Origin: Octopus bimaculoides
Taxonomy: Eukaryota
Assembly (NCBI RefSeq): GCF_001194135.2
Contig: NC_068985.1
Location: 13,505,222-13,553,735, forward strand
DNA: 48,514 nt
Direction of reading: 5' to 3'
The translations under genes were made by a program, and so were the position numbers. Positions 46,803-48,514 of the stretch are shown piece by piece; position 1 is the stretch's first letter; each line of letters begins with the position of its first letter. The notes under the pieces were generated by a model, which was not told the origin of the DNA, ran no database searches, and worked only from the letters and a program-made list of their open reading frames with translations.

Positions 46803-46984
46803 CATCGTTCAAATCCTTCAGCGTTCAACTTTGCTTTTCCTCCTTTCTGGGTTCCATAAAATAACTTAGCAGCAAAATACCGGTATCAATGTGATCGACA
46901 AACCTGTTCCTCCATAAATTGCTGGCATTGTGCTTAAAACTGAAAACTAATATTTACTTAACTTTCGAGGATGTTTTGATTGTC

Positions 46985-47455
46985 GTCACAGATTTCGAAT
47001 TTTTTGTTTCGATTGTTTTCAAATTTGATTTTTACCATAAATTAATAAATACAAAATTAATAGTTTTTAAAGTTTACAAATTTGGGTTAATTTTAGCCAA
47101 TTGAAAGCCGACATTATACAACATGACCGTAAATCTCACATTGGTGTCTGTTTCCATAGTAACAAGCAAAGCTATCGTCTGTTCTGCTTTCATTGTAACA
47201 AGGACGCTGTACGTGCACCATTGTGACACTTTCACTACCACAGGCACCACCAGAAATTTTGACGAAAATCATTTTGTGATTGACAACTATCACACAGAAA
47301 ATTGTGGCTTTCGATTCCTGTTTTCTGATTGGTTAAAATCATAAAACTTTGGAACTTTATAACATTTTTTTAAAGTTTTTTACTGGTACAAATGAATCCC
47401 GAATCCGGATTCAACGTGAAAAATTACATCAATATAACAAATTCGAAGTCTTTCA
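46985..47455. mobile_element. Possible MITE
   Basis: Imperfect inverted ends AGATTTCGAATTTTTTGTT and AACAAATTCGAAGTCT; no family assignable. Confidence 0.3.
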
Positions 47456-47499
47456 ATTAATTTTAAAATTTCCAATTCTATGACAACCGAAAAGTTCCC

Positions 47500-47950
47500 T
47501 TTTTGAATCCCACCCTGCGTCAACTTTGTTTTTCATCCTTCCTGGTATCTATAAAATAAGGTATCAGTTTAATAATGAGGTCGGTGTTATTAACTAACCC
47601 CTTCCTTAAAAATTACTGGTGCCTAAGATAAGAGTGTATTATTTACTCTTGGTTTCGTATCCTGTCGTGGTAAAGTTTGCTTCTCATCCCTGCTGGGGTC
47701 TATAAAATGGCGCTGCAGTCAAATACTGAGGTCAACGTTATCGGTTAAACTCCTTTCTCCAAAAATTCCTGGTCTTGTCCCAATATCTAATGAACCTTTC
47801 AAACCCTGCCAAGATTAATTGAGTTTTCCGTTCCTCCCTGATCGACAATCTAAAGTACAAGACAAGAACTAGGATCGATATAATTGGCTACTAACTGCCA
47901 ATCAAAATGGCTGACCTCCTGCCTAAATTAGAAACCAGAATTATTGTATC
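47500..47950 (+). mobile_element. Three old, tandem SINE family A relics
   Basis: Each retains CAACTTTG...CATCC...ATAAAA...CAG...GTC...AAATT.CTGG.CT..TGCC.AA remnants. Confidence 0.6.
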
Positions 47951-48102
47951 TTCTTATGTTCTTCGTAGTTTTATAAGAGACACAAATCAAAGACACCCTT
48001 TTGAAAACACTTCAATTCTACATTTGCTACGAAGCCAGGTCACCTTTAAAAAATTTTGAAAATTGTTTCTCAACTTTTTTCATAAATTTTAATATATAAT
48101 AT

Positions 48103-48275
48103 GCAGATATGGCTATGTGGTTAAGAAGTTCACTAGGCAATCTCGTGGTCTCGAATTCTGTCTCACAGCATGGCATCTTCAGTAGGAGGTATCTTCTATC
48201 TCAAACCCTGGTTGGTCAATGCTTTGTGAAAGAATCTGATAGATGGAAATTGTGCGGAAGCTTGTCATGTATATT
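48103..48275 (+). mobile_element. Old SINE family B relic
   Basis: ATGGCTATGTGGTTAAGAAGTT...CAATGCTTTGTGAAAGAATCTGATAGATGGAAA resembles the family B head and body. Confidence 0.55.
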
Positions 48276-48381
48276 TAATAATGAAGCTAATTTCTATAAT
48301 GCAGCGCTAAATAAGGCAGGATATAAAGAAAGGGTCTCCTATATTGAAATTGATAGCAAAGGAATTGAAACAACTTACAAC

Positions 48382-48438
48382 AATAATAATAATAATAATT
48401 ATTATTATTATTATTATTATAATAATAATAATAATAAT
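48382..48438. repeat. (AAT)n-(TAT)n-(AAT)n microsatellite with an inverted middle block
   Basis: Directly visible. Confidence 0.95.
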
Positions 48439-48514
48439 AGGAATAAACACAAAGTAAATAAACTAAATAAACCAAAGTACCCTCATAAAAACAACATAGG
48501 TAACTTAAAATTCT

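Overview
AT-rich, microsatellite-dense animal genomic scaffold with 13 N-gaps (about 5.4 kb), most of them flanked by (TA)n or similar repeats. The repeat content looks like an octopus/coleoid cephalopod; this is an inference from recalled SINE families, not a database result. No intact host gene can be identified, and almost all ORF-track entries are microsatellite or N-gap artefacts. What can be supported is a layered transposon landscape: four tRNA-derived SINE families, two Tx1/L1-clade 3' fragments, two R4/Dong-like (restriction-like endonuclease) fragments at (TAA)n, a Penelope-like RT/GIY-YIG fragment, a Helitron PIF1 helicase relic, a hAT (Buster/Charlie-like) relic and MITE, two mariner deletion derivatives, Helentron/DINE-like non-autonomous elements and a Gypsy integrase relic. 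Two signals stand out. (1) Three sequence-unrelated families of minimal type-I hammerhead ribozyme motifs occur here, one with a compensatory G3:C8 core swap and one as an inverted twin inside a ~190-nt hairpin. (2) An apparent nested retroelement system is present: an ORF1-only (gag-like, no RT) element and a SINE subfamily share a Tx1-like 3' tail, and both end at the same internal site (GCTTAGC^GGTATTTCGTC) of the commonest SINE. All assignments come from reading motifs by eye; no searches were run.
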